Assembly: GCA_001949185.1 (NCBI GenBank)
Contig: BDGG01000006.1
Span: 540,827-604,826 of the forward strand
Direction of reading: 5' to 3'
Source of the DNA: Ramazzottius varieornatus
Lineage: Eukaryota > Animalia > Tardigrada
DNA length: 64,000 bases
The notes beneath the pieces are model-generated. The model worked only from the letters and a program-made list of their open reading frames with translations. It did not search any database and was not told the DNA's origin. Positions 35,018-49,743 of the stretch are shown here, one piece after another. Position numbers and translations under genes: made by a program. Numbering within the stretch: position 1 is the stretch's first letter; the number at the start of each line of letters is the position of its first letter.

Positions 35018-35548
35018 TTAGCGTTTCCGGTTGATTAAAGGCATTGATTCTCTTAATTGTTGTCTTGATTCACAGATATAATCCACCCATGGTCCAAGGG
35101 TCTCCAGACCACCAGGGCAGAACAGAAACTGACTTCCGATGTCTCGATACTTAGAAATCTTTCTCTTTTCGGCAGCATCAGCAGCTGATCCGGCTTCGAT
35201 AATTGACATGGCATAGTTGGTCAGGGTCAGGGTATCGACTACTGTGACAACCCACACGAGCTCCGTACCATTCTTCCAAGGAACTTGCGTCATGCCGTCT
35301 GGGCGTCTCTTGTCGGTCCTAGAGATCCTTGAGGTTCGAGGATAGCAGGGATCTGGGCTGGAGTCTGCGCACGTTTGAGCGACTCGTTTAGCGCGCTGTG
35401 TCGGCTGTAACGACCGCCACCAAACTTGCAACTCAAACCATGCCGACCATACTCGTCTACACTGGTACCGCGGCGACCGATGTGAGGACGACACAGCTTG
35501 GCGAAATCCAACTGCAGTACAGTACAATGGCCTCTGTGATAACTTCAA
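35018..35548 (-). mobile_element. CRE-clade non-LTR retrotransposon 3' fragment (CCHC-like knuckle plus restriction-like endonuclease)
   Basis: VDEYGRHGLSCKFGGGRYSRHSALNESLKRA...ILEP, frameshifted to RRPDGMTQVPWKNG..LVW.VTVVDTL...GSAADAAEKRKISKY...FCPGGLETLGPW. Confidence 0.85.
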
Positions 35549-36083
35549 TACATCACAGCTCTTGTTTTAACACCTTGAGCACGACGCGGTTTCGTGCTTT
35601 CAGAACACGATGCGGGAAAATCACTTTGAAATCGGAGGGGGGGCTAAATCGGACCAATTTTCACCCTCTCGATTGGCCAAAATTTGAGAATTTGATGTGC
35701 AGTGCGCCACTTACCAACTCGAAACAGCCAAGATTTTCGACTTTCTCTTGGCCACTGGGCAGATCTTTTCACAAATCTGAAACTGTCGCGAGATAAAAGA
35801 ATGTTTCGACTTGGGCTACAATTTTTTTGGAGACCCTGGAGTAGCGGAGAGCCTGGCTGAAAAATAATTTGTTAGGTACGGCGAAATTCCATCGGAAACA
35901 GAAATAATTCCACAGAGTTTCGCAGATCCACTGTCCAGTGACCGTTAGTTGTGGTTTGAAGAGAAATTAATCCTTCAGGCAAATAAAAAAGAACGCACAG
36001 CAAAAATTGAAGTGGAATCTCGCTACGCACAACTGAGTGCGTGCCAGGAAAGTGAGTTTCCAGCCCCGTGCTCAAGGTGTTAA

Positions 36084-36609
36084 CACCCTGATTACCACCG
36101 TACTCATTGTGAGTACAATACGGCACTTTCTCGCTTCCCATAATTTCCATCTTGCCAGGTTTGAATCAAATTGTTTTCTTTGCCTGGTCTGCGGTGTTAT
36201 CACCGAAACGTAGCTGATGACCACTGGTCAATACAACTTCCGCAGGCTGGAAAAATCCTTACGATTTCGGGCAGTTTCGGGGGTATTTCAGGTTTCATGT
36301 CTTTGCTCGAGATACATACCTACCATCTGTTTGGAAACAAAATTGAAACACTAAGGAGAGCTTCCTCTACCGATACTAGGCTTGGGACAAACTTGGGGTC
36401 ATCGGTGCGTCCAGAAAAAAATCAAAACGGCCAGGGCTATCTTTCCCACGTTGGCCTTTACGGCCTGTCAATCTCCACAATTTCATAATTCTGAAAGTTG
36501 TCTATTTGTTAATTTGGGTTACGCCTTCCAATTTCCTCCAGTTAAAGTTCTGTGCTCCCTGTGAGTACGCTGGTAATCTGCCGACACAAAAAGTTTGGTA
36601 TTCAGGGTG
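36084..36609. mobile_element. piggyBac-like non-autonomous element
   Basis: TTAA on both flanks (36080-36083, 36610-36613); TIR CACCCTGA(T/A)TACCA; asymmetric subterminal inverted repeat GATTACCA.CGTACTCA. Confidence 0.75.
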
Positions 36610-37384
36610 TTAACTTACGAGAACAGGATAAGGAGGGGCGTGCGGTTGCCTCACGAAGGACAGAGCGTCACGCACAGTAAATACTAAGCCGGACTTAGTA
36701 TTCTCTGCACGAAAGTCTCGACGGTTTCTTACGGCTGCGGCTTTTCTGGAGTTCTGTTTGATCTCTGACACATCAAAAGATCACGAACGCCTGGTAAATG
36801 TTTTTTTGCCGGCTCGAGTACATACCGCACTGAGAAATATTCGAATTTTGAATACTTGCAGGCCAAGTACTCGGTACTTTGCGACCGTACTTTGTACTTC
36901 TTATGTCAGTTGCTTGAAATATATATTTACGCAAACTCCCTAACACGATCGACGGGCTGTGACGTATTGAAGTTATCATAGGGGCCAGTGTACCACAAAA
37001 GCTCATTGAACCCAATAGCTCTGGTCAGTCCAAACATGCACTACGAGCGTACATCTTACTTGTGAGAATTTTGAACAAACGGTACGGTTTAATAAACATG
37101 AATTACTTCATTGAATTATCGACCGGAAATGTCAGTGGTTTGTCTTGGTTGCCGCCTTCTTTGCCAGACTCCATGCGGTGTGTACCGTGTTGACGTATGA
37201 TACAATGTGTGCTGTACTGCTTGCTGAAACTGGCACGGTACGTCATTCTACACGTAAAGTTGAAGGCCGGTCCGTATTCGCTGCCCTGGCAGCTCCCGTG
37301 AGGCCTTGGTACCTGAACTTCTGATGCTGCGCGGCTTTCACCAGCAAGTACAGTATGTTTGGAGGACTCGTTCACATAAGAGTA

Positions 37385-37525
37385 CTGTAATGCTTCTTGA
37401 ACTTCGCGAATCACGTGATCAAACGCGTGGAGCTAAACCCCGTTCCGGTGACTATACTCTAACAACCCCGGGGGATGTTCCGCGCGTATTATGACGTGTT
37501 TCGCGAAGTTGAAGAAGCATTACAG
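37385..37525. mobile_element. MITE family A, copy 2
   Basis: TIR CTGTAATGCTTCTT.AACTTCGCGAA; TA TSD; same size and termini as 20006-20147. Confidence 0.85.
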
Positions 37526-39252
37526 TAGTTTAACGGGAAACCGGAAAAAGCATAAACGCTGCTCCGAATTTCAGTGTGCTTTTTCGTACAGAGCGTAGGT
37601 TGGTATTGTCCAAGATCATTTGTCAAGGTGGGACTACTAACCAGCTGTGGTGAGGGCCGGCCATGCTCGATGGTGGCTCCATCTATTCGTGTCGAACCTT
37701 GCGCGTCTACTTTCCGCGGTGATTACAGAAACTATGCGATGCGAGCGTAGAGCTGCTTCTATCTCACTGCGGTGCTGCCGTAGACTGGAGGGTATATTAC
37801 AGCTGATCGTACGTCGACCAGGAGTTTTCTCAGTACAAGTGCCTAAATAAAGTATCTTCGGCGGATCGATCGATACCATGCAGTCGATGCCAGATGATCT
37901 TGCTCGGCAACTACGAAGAAACGTGCGGCCCGTTGACGGTCTCGTGGACGGTATTTCAGAGTATACAAGCCATGGCCTGGCTTTTTGATACGGTGTCAAG
38001 TTTTCAGATGATCAGTAACGTTCTCGATCTCTTCCTGTGAACAGAAGGGAAAAGCCTGTGAGAAGGTCTTTCGCTGGGTCCGCCACCACGGTAGAAAGGA
38101 AGCGATAAGTTGATGAGAGATCATAAATCAGTCAGAATATATTTGAGACGACCATTTTACAAGTTTTTGTTACAACTACCGCTGGCTGATTTGTTGTTGT
38201 TTTTCCAAAAAAAGTGGGCTAGCACTACTGCACGTTCTCACAACTACATTGGAAAATTTCTACAAAAAACTTCTCCGCACAATAATCCCGTAAAGAAATA
38301 TTCTGTCTAAGAAGCCAAGATTCGCGTTCTTCGAAATTTTCAGAGACTGGTAAAATATCTTAGAAAAAACTGCTCTTTTGTTTTTCCGGGTTCGTTCGTC
38401 TTTGATGTCCAATGGAGGAAAGTTTGCTTGTAGACGTTTTGTCGAAGGTGGTGCATGATTCGGGGCGCACAGTGTGCAGTGGATGAGCATGAGCAAAGGA
38501 GGAAAAAGAATGGTTATAACAAATCAGTCCAGAGAGAATATTCGGTTGGTTGTTGTACAAGAATATTCATACGTAATAATGCAAAAAGAGAAGAGAGAAG
38601 AAAAAAACGAGAAATAGTCTGCGCCCACAATATAAAAACAATGTCGATAAGAAGATTAGAGATGTAAACGGATAATATTCATTCACCCATTTCCAAAAAA
38701 CTTCAGAGTGAATGATACTGCATGCCGCAAGAAATACACTAGCATCATGTCTTTCAGCTTCCTCGTCAGTCGTAGCAATAAAAATTAAAATATGTAACAG
38801 AAGCGCATGAGACAAAAATTATGTAAAATAATAAATTTCAAAAAACGACGACGACGAAGCGATGATTGACGTGAAGAAGAAGAATATGTGTGTTGCACCG
38901 TTTTGTGACGATTGACACCAACACTGGTCGACTAGACGATTTCTCCCGAAGTAGGATGAAGGTACGCTTGTGTGTGTTTGTGTGTGTGTGTCGATCTTCG
39001 GGAGGAAAGAAAACACGACGACGACGAACGACGAACAAAATGCATAAAAACGACCACCCAATCTGTGTCTGTGTGGTTGGATTAGAAAAAGAAAACACAT
39101 TGGAGGCCAGAAGAGGAGAGAAACAACATGATCGGGAAAACGCGGGCACACAGATCTTCGTCTCTTCTTCCTGATCGGTCGAAGAGTGGAGATTGCGGTG
39201 TATTCTGTGTATGTTTGAGAAAAGGGGGGAAAGTCGATTATTGTCTGTGTGT

Positions 39253-40847
<1,595 letters not shown>

Positions 40848-43800
40848 GGCCAAGCAGGGATTGAGCGGAGCCAGTGCGGCAAATCACCGTAATGCGTAAT
40901 GGAAGGAACCTCCTCTGCACAACAAACACAAGATTACATTGGACTTTTTCTGCGCTGTAATGCTTCCCTATCTTATCATGAGTCAACTGAAAGCTTTGAA
41001 GAAACCAACAAAAAAATCAGTATAACTGTACAGGCAAGTGGTTGAAGTGAAGCAATTTCTTCGGAAGTTGATGACGACAGCCAATCAAGCCCGTAAGCAA
41101 GGAGCGCAATCAATCGACAAGGACAATCATGGAAATTTGCTACGATGATTTGAAGCTTGGCGGTTCTTTTACCTTGGAAAGGAGTTAACAGCGAGGTCTT
41201 TGGTATGTTATACGTTGCCGGAAATGTCCTCGTAGCCTTGGTGGCCTGTTGGGGTCCGAATATATTCCGTCAGGTATAGAAGAGGAAAGAAGAACGATGG
41301 GTGTAATGTTGGCCGATCGCCGCGCCGGAATCACACTTGACTTGTGCTGCAAGACATAAAAGGCAGGTCAAGGTACATGTGGTAGTCGCTCATAAACCAA
41401 GTCGCATCTCCATGACGGTAATGGACGATGATTACAGTCCTTTCCTCAATTTGGCAAAGCAGGCAGCTGTTCCTATGATTCGGGAATATTCTGCATAAAA
41501 AGTATGTGCGTCTATTCAGCGCATCTCGATAATACTAGACTCACTACATATTGTATAAAAGTCGCACCAGGGACCGAAAAACTTGGTTTGCGGTGATATA
41601 TCATTCCTGCGGCTGGCGAGATAACCGAAGCTCTTTCGAGTTTTATGGCTGCAGGCACAATTCCAGCCACTTCACAGCGGCCTACCTGCAGACGTCGTGG
41701 CTCGAAAAAATACATATAATTAATCAAGGAAAGACGGCCTGCAGTTACTCTTCTCTTCTCATCAAGGTTCCTCACTGTATGGTCACTTTGATGGTCTAGC
41801 AATGGATATCTTCATTGACCAGAGCCATAAAGCCGTTGCATCAATGGATCAATCGTTGCACACAGTTCATCCATTCAGCCATTCATCGGTGCGATATTGA
41901 CACACATTCGAGGTTTGTCCTTTCGCTATCTAATCTACAACATTTCAACACGGTGACTACTCAAAATACGCCGAACTTTCGACTTCTCACTGTCGCGTCC
42001 TCTATGGTCGACACGAAGGTTCAGTTGAAGTTGAAAAGTGAGCATATCCAGCGTGGGACATGTAGACGAGATGGTCGTTCAACAAAGGCACTTCTCGGCT
42101 AATTTCCACCACGTTGGAAAGACATACCCGTTTCAGATGGGACACACGCGGTACTCATTCATAAATCCACCAGGACCATTCCGAGAACGAAGACCAGCAC
42201 AGCAAATTAGCATCGTAGCATTTGTTGGAGGAAATCTACATGGAACATTGGAAAAACAAGCGTCGGTATAGAGGATGCATTGACAATCAAGGCATAAGGA
42301 GTCAACATACAGTATGGCTGACTAGCCTTGATCGGGCAGAATGAAATCAAATGGACTTACAGCTAAGGGAGACGCAATACGGGATATGTCGTGACCATCT
42401 ACTCCCCTCGTCGTCTAGCCGTGCAGCCATCAGCACATTCCAAGCATGGCACAATTGGGAAGCATAGGACAGACGAACAATTCCACAATATCTCGCGAAA
42501 TATAAAACGTATTCAAGATCCAACATCGACGGTACACAGGTTCCTGAAGCACAGACAAGAACCAGTCTACCCCACGCTATCCTACCCACCAGTGTATCAA
42601 ATATACAGGGGCTGTATGTAAGCAACAGCATGGACAAGTTGGCATGCGCCGATTATGCAGATGCTGCTGCTACGACGCAGACGAGGCAGTATACTGTGTG
42701 TGACATGCGACTACGTGCCTCTGATACTGCATGTAACCCCATAGAGAAGGCGCCAGGCAATTTCGCGTTAGGCTTTAAAGTTGCAAACAGGACGCCACTG
42801 TGTCGATGGTTGCCAGCAGTAGCTTGTCTTGCATAGCAGCTTATCCATTCATTTCTCACTGTACTACTGGATTGTGGAAACCATTGGCATGTACGACGGC
42901 TACTGTTCCGATCGGCGATCGGGAGGAGCGCATGCATGCCCTAGTCATGTAGGAAGAGGAGCAGCAGACCGCGCATGTGTCAAAACATTACCCTACCCAT
43001 ATTATCCGCTTCCATCCCGGTGTAAGCGACGCAAAAAAAACCCGTTATGAATACTTCGAATCAAGCATTCTGTAGGGTCAGTGTTAACCTTTCGGGGCCT
43101 GAGAATACAAGAACCCTCCCACTTCTGGGTCCGGAAGAGTAGACACGATCAGAAGCATATCAGCTGAATCCCCATCCCATACAGTGTTAATTAGACGATA
43201 GTCTATACGTTGACCGGATAGCGCTGGTACGATTACTGGACCGTGGTCAATTCGGGACCTACGCCTTGAGTTTTCAACTGGCGAGAACTGATTATTTTTT
43301 AGCTTGTGTGGGGACTTTGCAAAGCCCACGGAGTCCAAAATTCTACTGGTGTACATGAATTCAGACAAAAGGTTTGAGTCGTTTGACATTAAACAAGAGC
43401 GCCACACCCTCCGACAAACTCTTCCCGGCTCTTCGCATCTCGTTACTGCGCACATAAACTATGCGCCTGACGTCATCGCAAGTCAACGCGAGACGTCACT
43501 GCGGCTGACTCATCACGGCAAATAAAGGATTACGCCCAGGCCAAAGCCAGGCACCCGGCCCATGGCCCAGACTCCACGGAACAAAGCGGGCCCAGTCGCC
43601 AGCTAGCCATGCGAGGTGGGCCATCTTTTGCGGTTTCTTTGAACGCAAATATGTGTAAACGTACTTTACCGTACAGTTTGCCACCGGGCGAGATCTACTA
43701 TCATGATGGTAAGCCGAACTACGCACGGCTTTGATATCCTGTTAAAGTGTTTGCACGAGGCAAATCAGCAGGCAGATGCACGTTTTTCATAACAAACTGT

Positions 43801-44353
43801 CTTCAAGTCTCGGGTTGTTGTGTGCCAGATTCCCTTCGTTTATCAGATTTGACCTCTGACTCCTTAGCTCGTCTCCAAGAAGGCTTCTACGTCGAAATAA
43901 TCCGTATTCCAGCAACACAGGACAACCTGTGATCATGGAAGGTGAGCTTATTGTCGCTCTGTTGCAGATCCCTTTATCTGGAAAAGGCTGCGCAGTGCGG
44001 TAAAATTTCTAGAGCGCATAGGAGAAGGTGGGATCTCATTTGGGGCATTTGTGACATAGTCTTGTGCGGAGTGCGGTTCGTGGTTTGGCGTCGCTCCGGG
44101 GGTTAGTGATTGGCTGTTACTACTGTACTGGCTAATCAGGAAGGTCTGGCAGTTGTATGGCATAACTGTGTATGCTGAAAGCCGCATATGTATCATTGAA
44201 TTGAAGAATCAAGCGGTGTGGGTTGTTCCATGGATTGTGCATTTCGAAAGACTAAGTGCACTGGTGCATTTTGCAGATTGCGCACGCTGTTCATGATGAC
44301 TTGAACATTGGGAAGAAAGGGAGAAAACCTGGCTGGACTGCCCTTGGCCGTCG

Positions 44354-47300
44354 ATGAAGATGATGGAGTCGTACGGTCGTCAAGAAGAGCGTCGTCAACA
44401 AAAGGCCATGCGGGACGCCGAGCTAGCCAAAGCAGCCTTGCTGGAAGCGGAAGCCAGCAAGGCGACGGTGATGGCCTGGTCGTCGTCGTCCACCAACAAG
44501 TTGCCACAATCAACAAGTCTCGAAGCCAGCTCTGTCCACGACAACGAGATCCTCAAGCTGCTGCCCGACTTCCACAAGCTCAAGCATGGCCATGGCTCAG
44601 TCCCCACTTTCAACGGACATGCTCCGCGCAAGACTCTGGACGAAGCAGATGCCTCGCAGGCCAGGAGGGAAGATAAGAGGATACGGGAACTGGCGACGTC
44701 TTCCATGCGCAGATCCTCGTCCGACCAGCTGCTCAACGGACATGCACACGCGCAAAACGGATCCTCAAAGCCAAACATGTTCAGTCAGTACCTGAAGAAT
44801 CCGCAAAACAAAATTGGCCAACTGGAAGAGCCCAGAAAAAATGGTACGAATTTTTCCACGTGAAAAGATTGCATAATATCAGTATTTCGCTCAATCAACC
44901 TCATTCAATCAATCGTAACACTGCTCTGTTTTTCGTGTTTTATTTCTGGAACTTTGTTTTCAGGCTTGAATGGCCACAACCGATCTTCCAAGCACGATAC
45001 CCGAGAGGACGAGCCTTCTAACGACGTTCCCGCACTTCACGAATTGAAGCAAATGATTCGCGAAATCACTTCCATGTCAGCTTCCAATCCCGAGTTGATC
45101 ACTCCGTTAAACAGTCCAATCTGCATGCGTTCCACCCGTTTGTCTTCTCAGTCGCGTTCACCTTCCCCCGTCGAAACCTCTCAGGCTGCTGGGCAAGTGG
45201 AGGACGATCTAGCTCTCAGTGAAAGCTCGGAGGATGAAGAAGGCGAGATCGAGACAAGCATACCCCCACCCGATGAACACCTTCGCTCCGACCAGTCCGC
45301 TTCCAGCGGGATCGGAAGTGATCCTCAGGCCATGTCGAATACAGAGTCCGTTGACCATCACACTGAACCTACCAGTGACGAAGACCAGGGTTTCAACTTC
45401 AACCTGCACGAATGGCACCAGAAGATCAACGATAAGTTGACGCCTGTGAACCGTGAAACTCCTTCGCCTGTCGTCCGACCTGCCTCTGCCGTCTCAGGTC
45501 ACAATCCACTCACTCCTGCCACCGGCAAAGTAAACCATAACCTTCCTCAGTATTGTCGTCAGTGTTACCTGTTTTCTTCTTCCGAAAAATTTCTAAAACG
45601 TTCGAGAAAATAGTTTATTGAAACTACCATGGCAAGCCGTCCGGCCGAGTGTTCAGCGCGCCACGTGGTTGTGTAATATGACGGCACGGCCCTGCATGCT
45701 GTCGATATGTTGAGGCACAGCCTTGACTGTAAAATGTTTTATTTTCGCGCAGATTTTCTTTTGTTCTCTGCAGGAATCCTGCAGCAGGATTCTTCAATGG
45801 TTCGAATTCAGCTTCTAGTTCTGTTCTTTGTTTTTTCCCAGGCCCTGACGTCGTCGGAGAGAAGTGCGAAGTCAGTCTACGATGAGACATCCAATTCTTC
45901 GCCGCAGTCGCCGATGCCGGAAATCCAGCTCCATTCCGTACCCGCGTTGCCCATGTCACCTCCTCCGCCTTCCCCACGGCTACCGTCACCTGAGAGAACC
46001 TTCGAAGAAGAACAGCAGGAAGACCAAGTGGAAGAGACCGGTTACAACCAGAAGCGCATTTCGCTCAAGCCGAGAGCCAAAAGAAAAGACGGAAATGCCC
46101 GAAACGATTTCACAGTCACGTTTACCTTGTCGATGATCGACCGTCTGCCTTCTCTATCCAAATATGGCCACAAGATAAACGAACAGAAAACATCCAAGAA
46201 CAAGGTAAGTCAAACATTACTCTGAATTTTTCTCTTATTTCTTTCGTATTTTTCATTTTTACTTTTTTCCAGGTTGAAAAATCGAAGAAGCGGAATGGAC
46301 CAAAGCAGTCTTCCAGCTCGAACCTCGCCAATGAAGTCCTCCGGGATGCCATCAGGACTGTGGATAAGGAAATGACCAGTGAGCCGAAGAAGACAGAGGA
46401 AGTGAAGAAACAACCGATCAAGATCAAGCTGCGAAAGCCCACGGTAACTTCACCATCGGATCTCTTCTCCCACACCACGACTTCCCAACCCTCTCCTGCC
46501 GACATCACCGAACCTTCAACCTTTCCTGAACCTGTAGAAGGGTTGAAAGTCTCTTCCGAAGTGACGACAAAGAGCAACAACGTCGAGAAGACGAAGGATA
46601 GCAAGAAGCGGAAGTCGTCCGTCGACGAGGGCCGAAAGAAGAAAGAGAACGCTCTAGGTGGACTCTTCACCCCCGACATTCCCTCTCCAAAACCTGAGAA
46701 GAGCAAAGCGAAGAAGAACGAAGAGAATGGTGGCAAGAGGAACGGAAAGAAAGAGAAGACGGGGAAGATAGCGGCTGGTTTGTCCGTTCCGTCTGCGGAG
46801 GCGAATCGTAGACGAACGCCGTCGCCGCTTTCGAACGATCTGGGAATGCCGTCTCCGCTTCACATCCCCGCTTCCGCACAGCACATGCCGTCTCCGCTCA
46901 ATTTGTCCGTCACGGGCGGATCCGCTTCCCAACGGATGCCGTCGCCGTTGATTGTCGATCGACTGGAAGGCTCGACGTCGCCTGCTGATGAGCCTGACAG
47001 CTCTCTCCCCGTTGATCTGTCCTTCTCCCGCAGAGAAACAGAAGCTATAGCTGTAGCAGAAGAAGTAGTACCAACGAAAGAACCAAGGAAAGAGAAGGCA
47101 AGATATCCCGATGTCAAACAGAGAAAAGAATCCCCCTTGAATGATGCCATCGAAGAGGAAAATGCTGAACCGGTGAATGAAGTGGAAGATGTAAGAGAGA
47201 AAGAGCAGCAAAGGAAGAGGGATGAGCAGGAAAAACAGCACAAGGAACGAGAAGAGAAGGAAAAGGCTGAAAAGTTGGAGAGAGAGAGACTGGAGAAAAA

Positions 47301-49371
47301 GAGGCAAGAAGAATTGGAAAGAGAGAAGCTTTCGTTGAGTCATTCCAAGGCTGAACCTCCTGCAGAGAAGGAAAAATCCAAAGACAAGGAGCGTAAGTCC
47401 GGTCGTTCCTCGCACAACAAGTCCGGGAGAGATTCGGAGGAAGAACGCGACCGAAGACGATCAAGTCGTGATCGTGAACGAGGGCAAAGGAGAAAGCGTG
47501 AGCGAAGTCGCAGTCGCGATCGACGAAGCCGAAGCCGTAGTCGCGATGTCCGACGACGAAAGGAGTCTTCTCCGTCAGAGAAGGCTGGTAAAGCTAGCAG
47601 TCGGAAGAGAAGTCGGGAGGATGAAGATGACGCCAAAGTGGTCGCCAGTGACACCTCGAAGAAAACAGAGATAATCAAGCCAAAGAAGCCCTCTGTCTCG
47701 TCGGAAAGCGTCTTGGACAATCTGATGATGGCTGACCGACGCATCCCCAGTCCTGATCAGAAGGAAGACGAAAGCACGAAGAAACCTCCTGTCGAGAAGA
47801 ACGCATCTAGCAAGACCGTAAAGGAAGCGGAGAAGACGAAGGAGGAAGCTCCGATAACGACTGTAACGAACGGTAAGTGCAAGGTCAATCAACTTCCGGT
47901 TTCAATCAACGGTGGTTTCAATGGCTGTCAGCCGTTGATTGAAACCGAAAGTTGATCAGTCGGTTTGTCGTCAAGGCTGTGCCGGATGCCTGGCACCGTG
48001 GCACGGCCTTGTTCGGAAGTTTAGTGCAGTACGCTTGAATAGAAATACGGGTTCTCGTCTATTGGCTGTGCGTTGCTGGACACTTGGTTTCTACGTTACA
48101 TTCCTAGTTGACTTTAACCATGTCTCTTATCGTAGGTAATGACGATGGAGCATCCCAAACAGCGAAGTGGGATGTGGAACACGCGGCCTTGAAGCCTCTC
48201 GACATGAGACTGGACCAAGAGCATCAGAAGATGTTAGGAAAGATATTTAAGGACGAAGCTGGACTGCTCAGTCAAAGTGACAAGACGCAGATGGACATGC
48301 GCGCCGTCCTCTTCCTCCAGTCCGTCGTCCACTTTGTCCTGATGGCTCGAGCCATGGAGAAGGTCTCGCCGGCCAACTCCAGGTCGCTTTATGACGCTAC
48401 AGTACTCTTCTCCAACCAGCCCATCAACAAGGAACCAGCGACGTTGCTGATGAAGATGACTCGAGTGCTGCAGCTAAGAACTCAAGCCATCTTCTCGCTA
48501 AAGAGCTTTAAGCTGATCGAAGACAAGGTCGTGACAGCACAGCGAAGCTGTGAGAAGTTCAAGAAGATGTCGAACGCCGAAGCGGCCAGAGCTAGAACAC
48601 CCGCACAAGCCAAAGTTTCAACAGGAGCCGTCAATGGAAAGTCACCTGGGTCGCCGGGGAAGGTGGCCTCGCCCTTCTCCGTGGGCTCCTCCGGATCTCA
48701 AGGTACGATCGAATATTTCCTTTTCCAGTTTCATTCATCGAAATGTATTATCTATATCTTTTTTAAAAATATTTTATGATGTTTGGGAGCTTGACAAAGC
48801 AACTCGACCAGACTGCTTTCCCAAGTGGCGCACGCAGGCGTTGTTATTGGCTGAAGTGTGCGTCAACTGGTAGAACATTGTTGATGAATTTGCTCTGTCA
48901 ACTGGCGCACGTTGGCACGCTTCCCGCCAGTGAGAGTGAAAATGTGCGCCATTTATAAATACTGTACTATATTGTGGAGTTTTGTGGCAATGCTCAAGTC
49001 GCATTGCCGATACTTTTTTGAAAGCTTGGCTACTGTATATTTCAGGTTCGGCGGATATGCCGCGGTCGTCGCAGGTGCCACCTTCCACCGAGAGTCCCGT
49101 TAGCGCCGTTTCCACCGTCCCGACTTCCAACGAAGTGACTCTTCCCTCCTCGTACCGCGACCACTACGACCTGACGCAGCCACTGCACCACGCCTGGAAC
49201 ATGTGGCGCAGGAGTAACCACACATTGGAAGACTTTCGCAAGCTCAATCCACAGGTCGGGCAGTTCGACACGTGGCTGCAGGGCAAAGCCCCCTTGACGT
49301 TCGACTCCAGTATTGAACAGCTGTCTTTGCATCTTTACGTGGCGCTGTGGGTACTCAGGAAGTTAGGTTGA
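44354..49371 (+). CDS. lilli: AF4/FMR2 family transcription elongation scaffold (lilliputian/AFF)
   Basis: Exons 44354-44843, 44964-45529, 45842-46204, 46273-47872, 48136-48702, 49046-49371 in phase. AFF-like motifs: LKQMIREIT...LITPLNSP, VEDDLALSESSEDE, FNLHEWHQKI, VTFTLSMIDRLP, and a C-terminal homology domain (FLQSVVHFV..ARAMEK, LRTQAIFSLKSFKL, WNMW...PLTFDSSIEQL..H...ALWVLR). Confidence 0.85.
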
Positions 49372-49574
49372 CCGAGTGAATGCTCAGAAGATTGTCGTTT
49401 GCACAAAGAAGAGAATGAATCGAGTTGGAAGTTGATCATTTTGATTTCCCTTTCTCTCTCCGAAAAAATAGTTTAATATATTTGTAGTTGTGTTTTTATT
49501 CAATAAGTTGTATGATTATTCGCCTTGGAATGGAATGCGTCTACCTCGACAGATACATGTTTTCTTTCTTTATA

Positions 49575-49743
49575 CAGTGTACCAAAAAATTAACCGTCGA
49601 AAATGGGTGTTAGAAGGAGCCAGATGGAAATGGCCAATGAAATTTGCGCATGCGGCGGACTAAGACCGTTATTGGTCACAAAATGATTAAGCTCCCGATT
49701 AATTGTCACACCCATTATCGACGGTTAAACTTTTGGTGCACTG
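49575..49743. mobile_element. Tc1/mariner-type MITE
   Basis: ~36-bp TIR CAGTG(T/C)ACCAAAA..TTAACCGTCGA.AATGGGTGT; TA TSD. Confidence 0.85.

Noticed and set aside
46122-47892. Long hydrophobic minus-strand ORFs (e.g. 46654-47415) and similar ORFs opposite the GPCR and Gq exons
   Set aside because: Antisense shadows of real coding exons; Lys/Glu-rich codons give Phe/Leu/Ser-rich open frames on the other strand.
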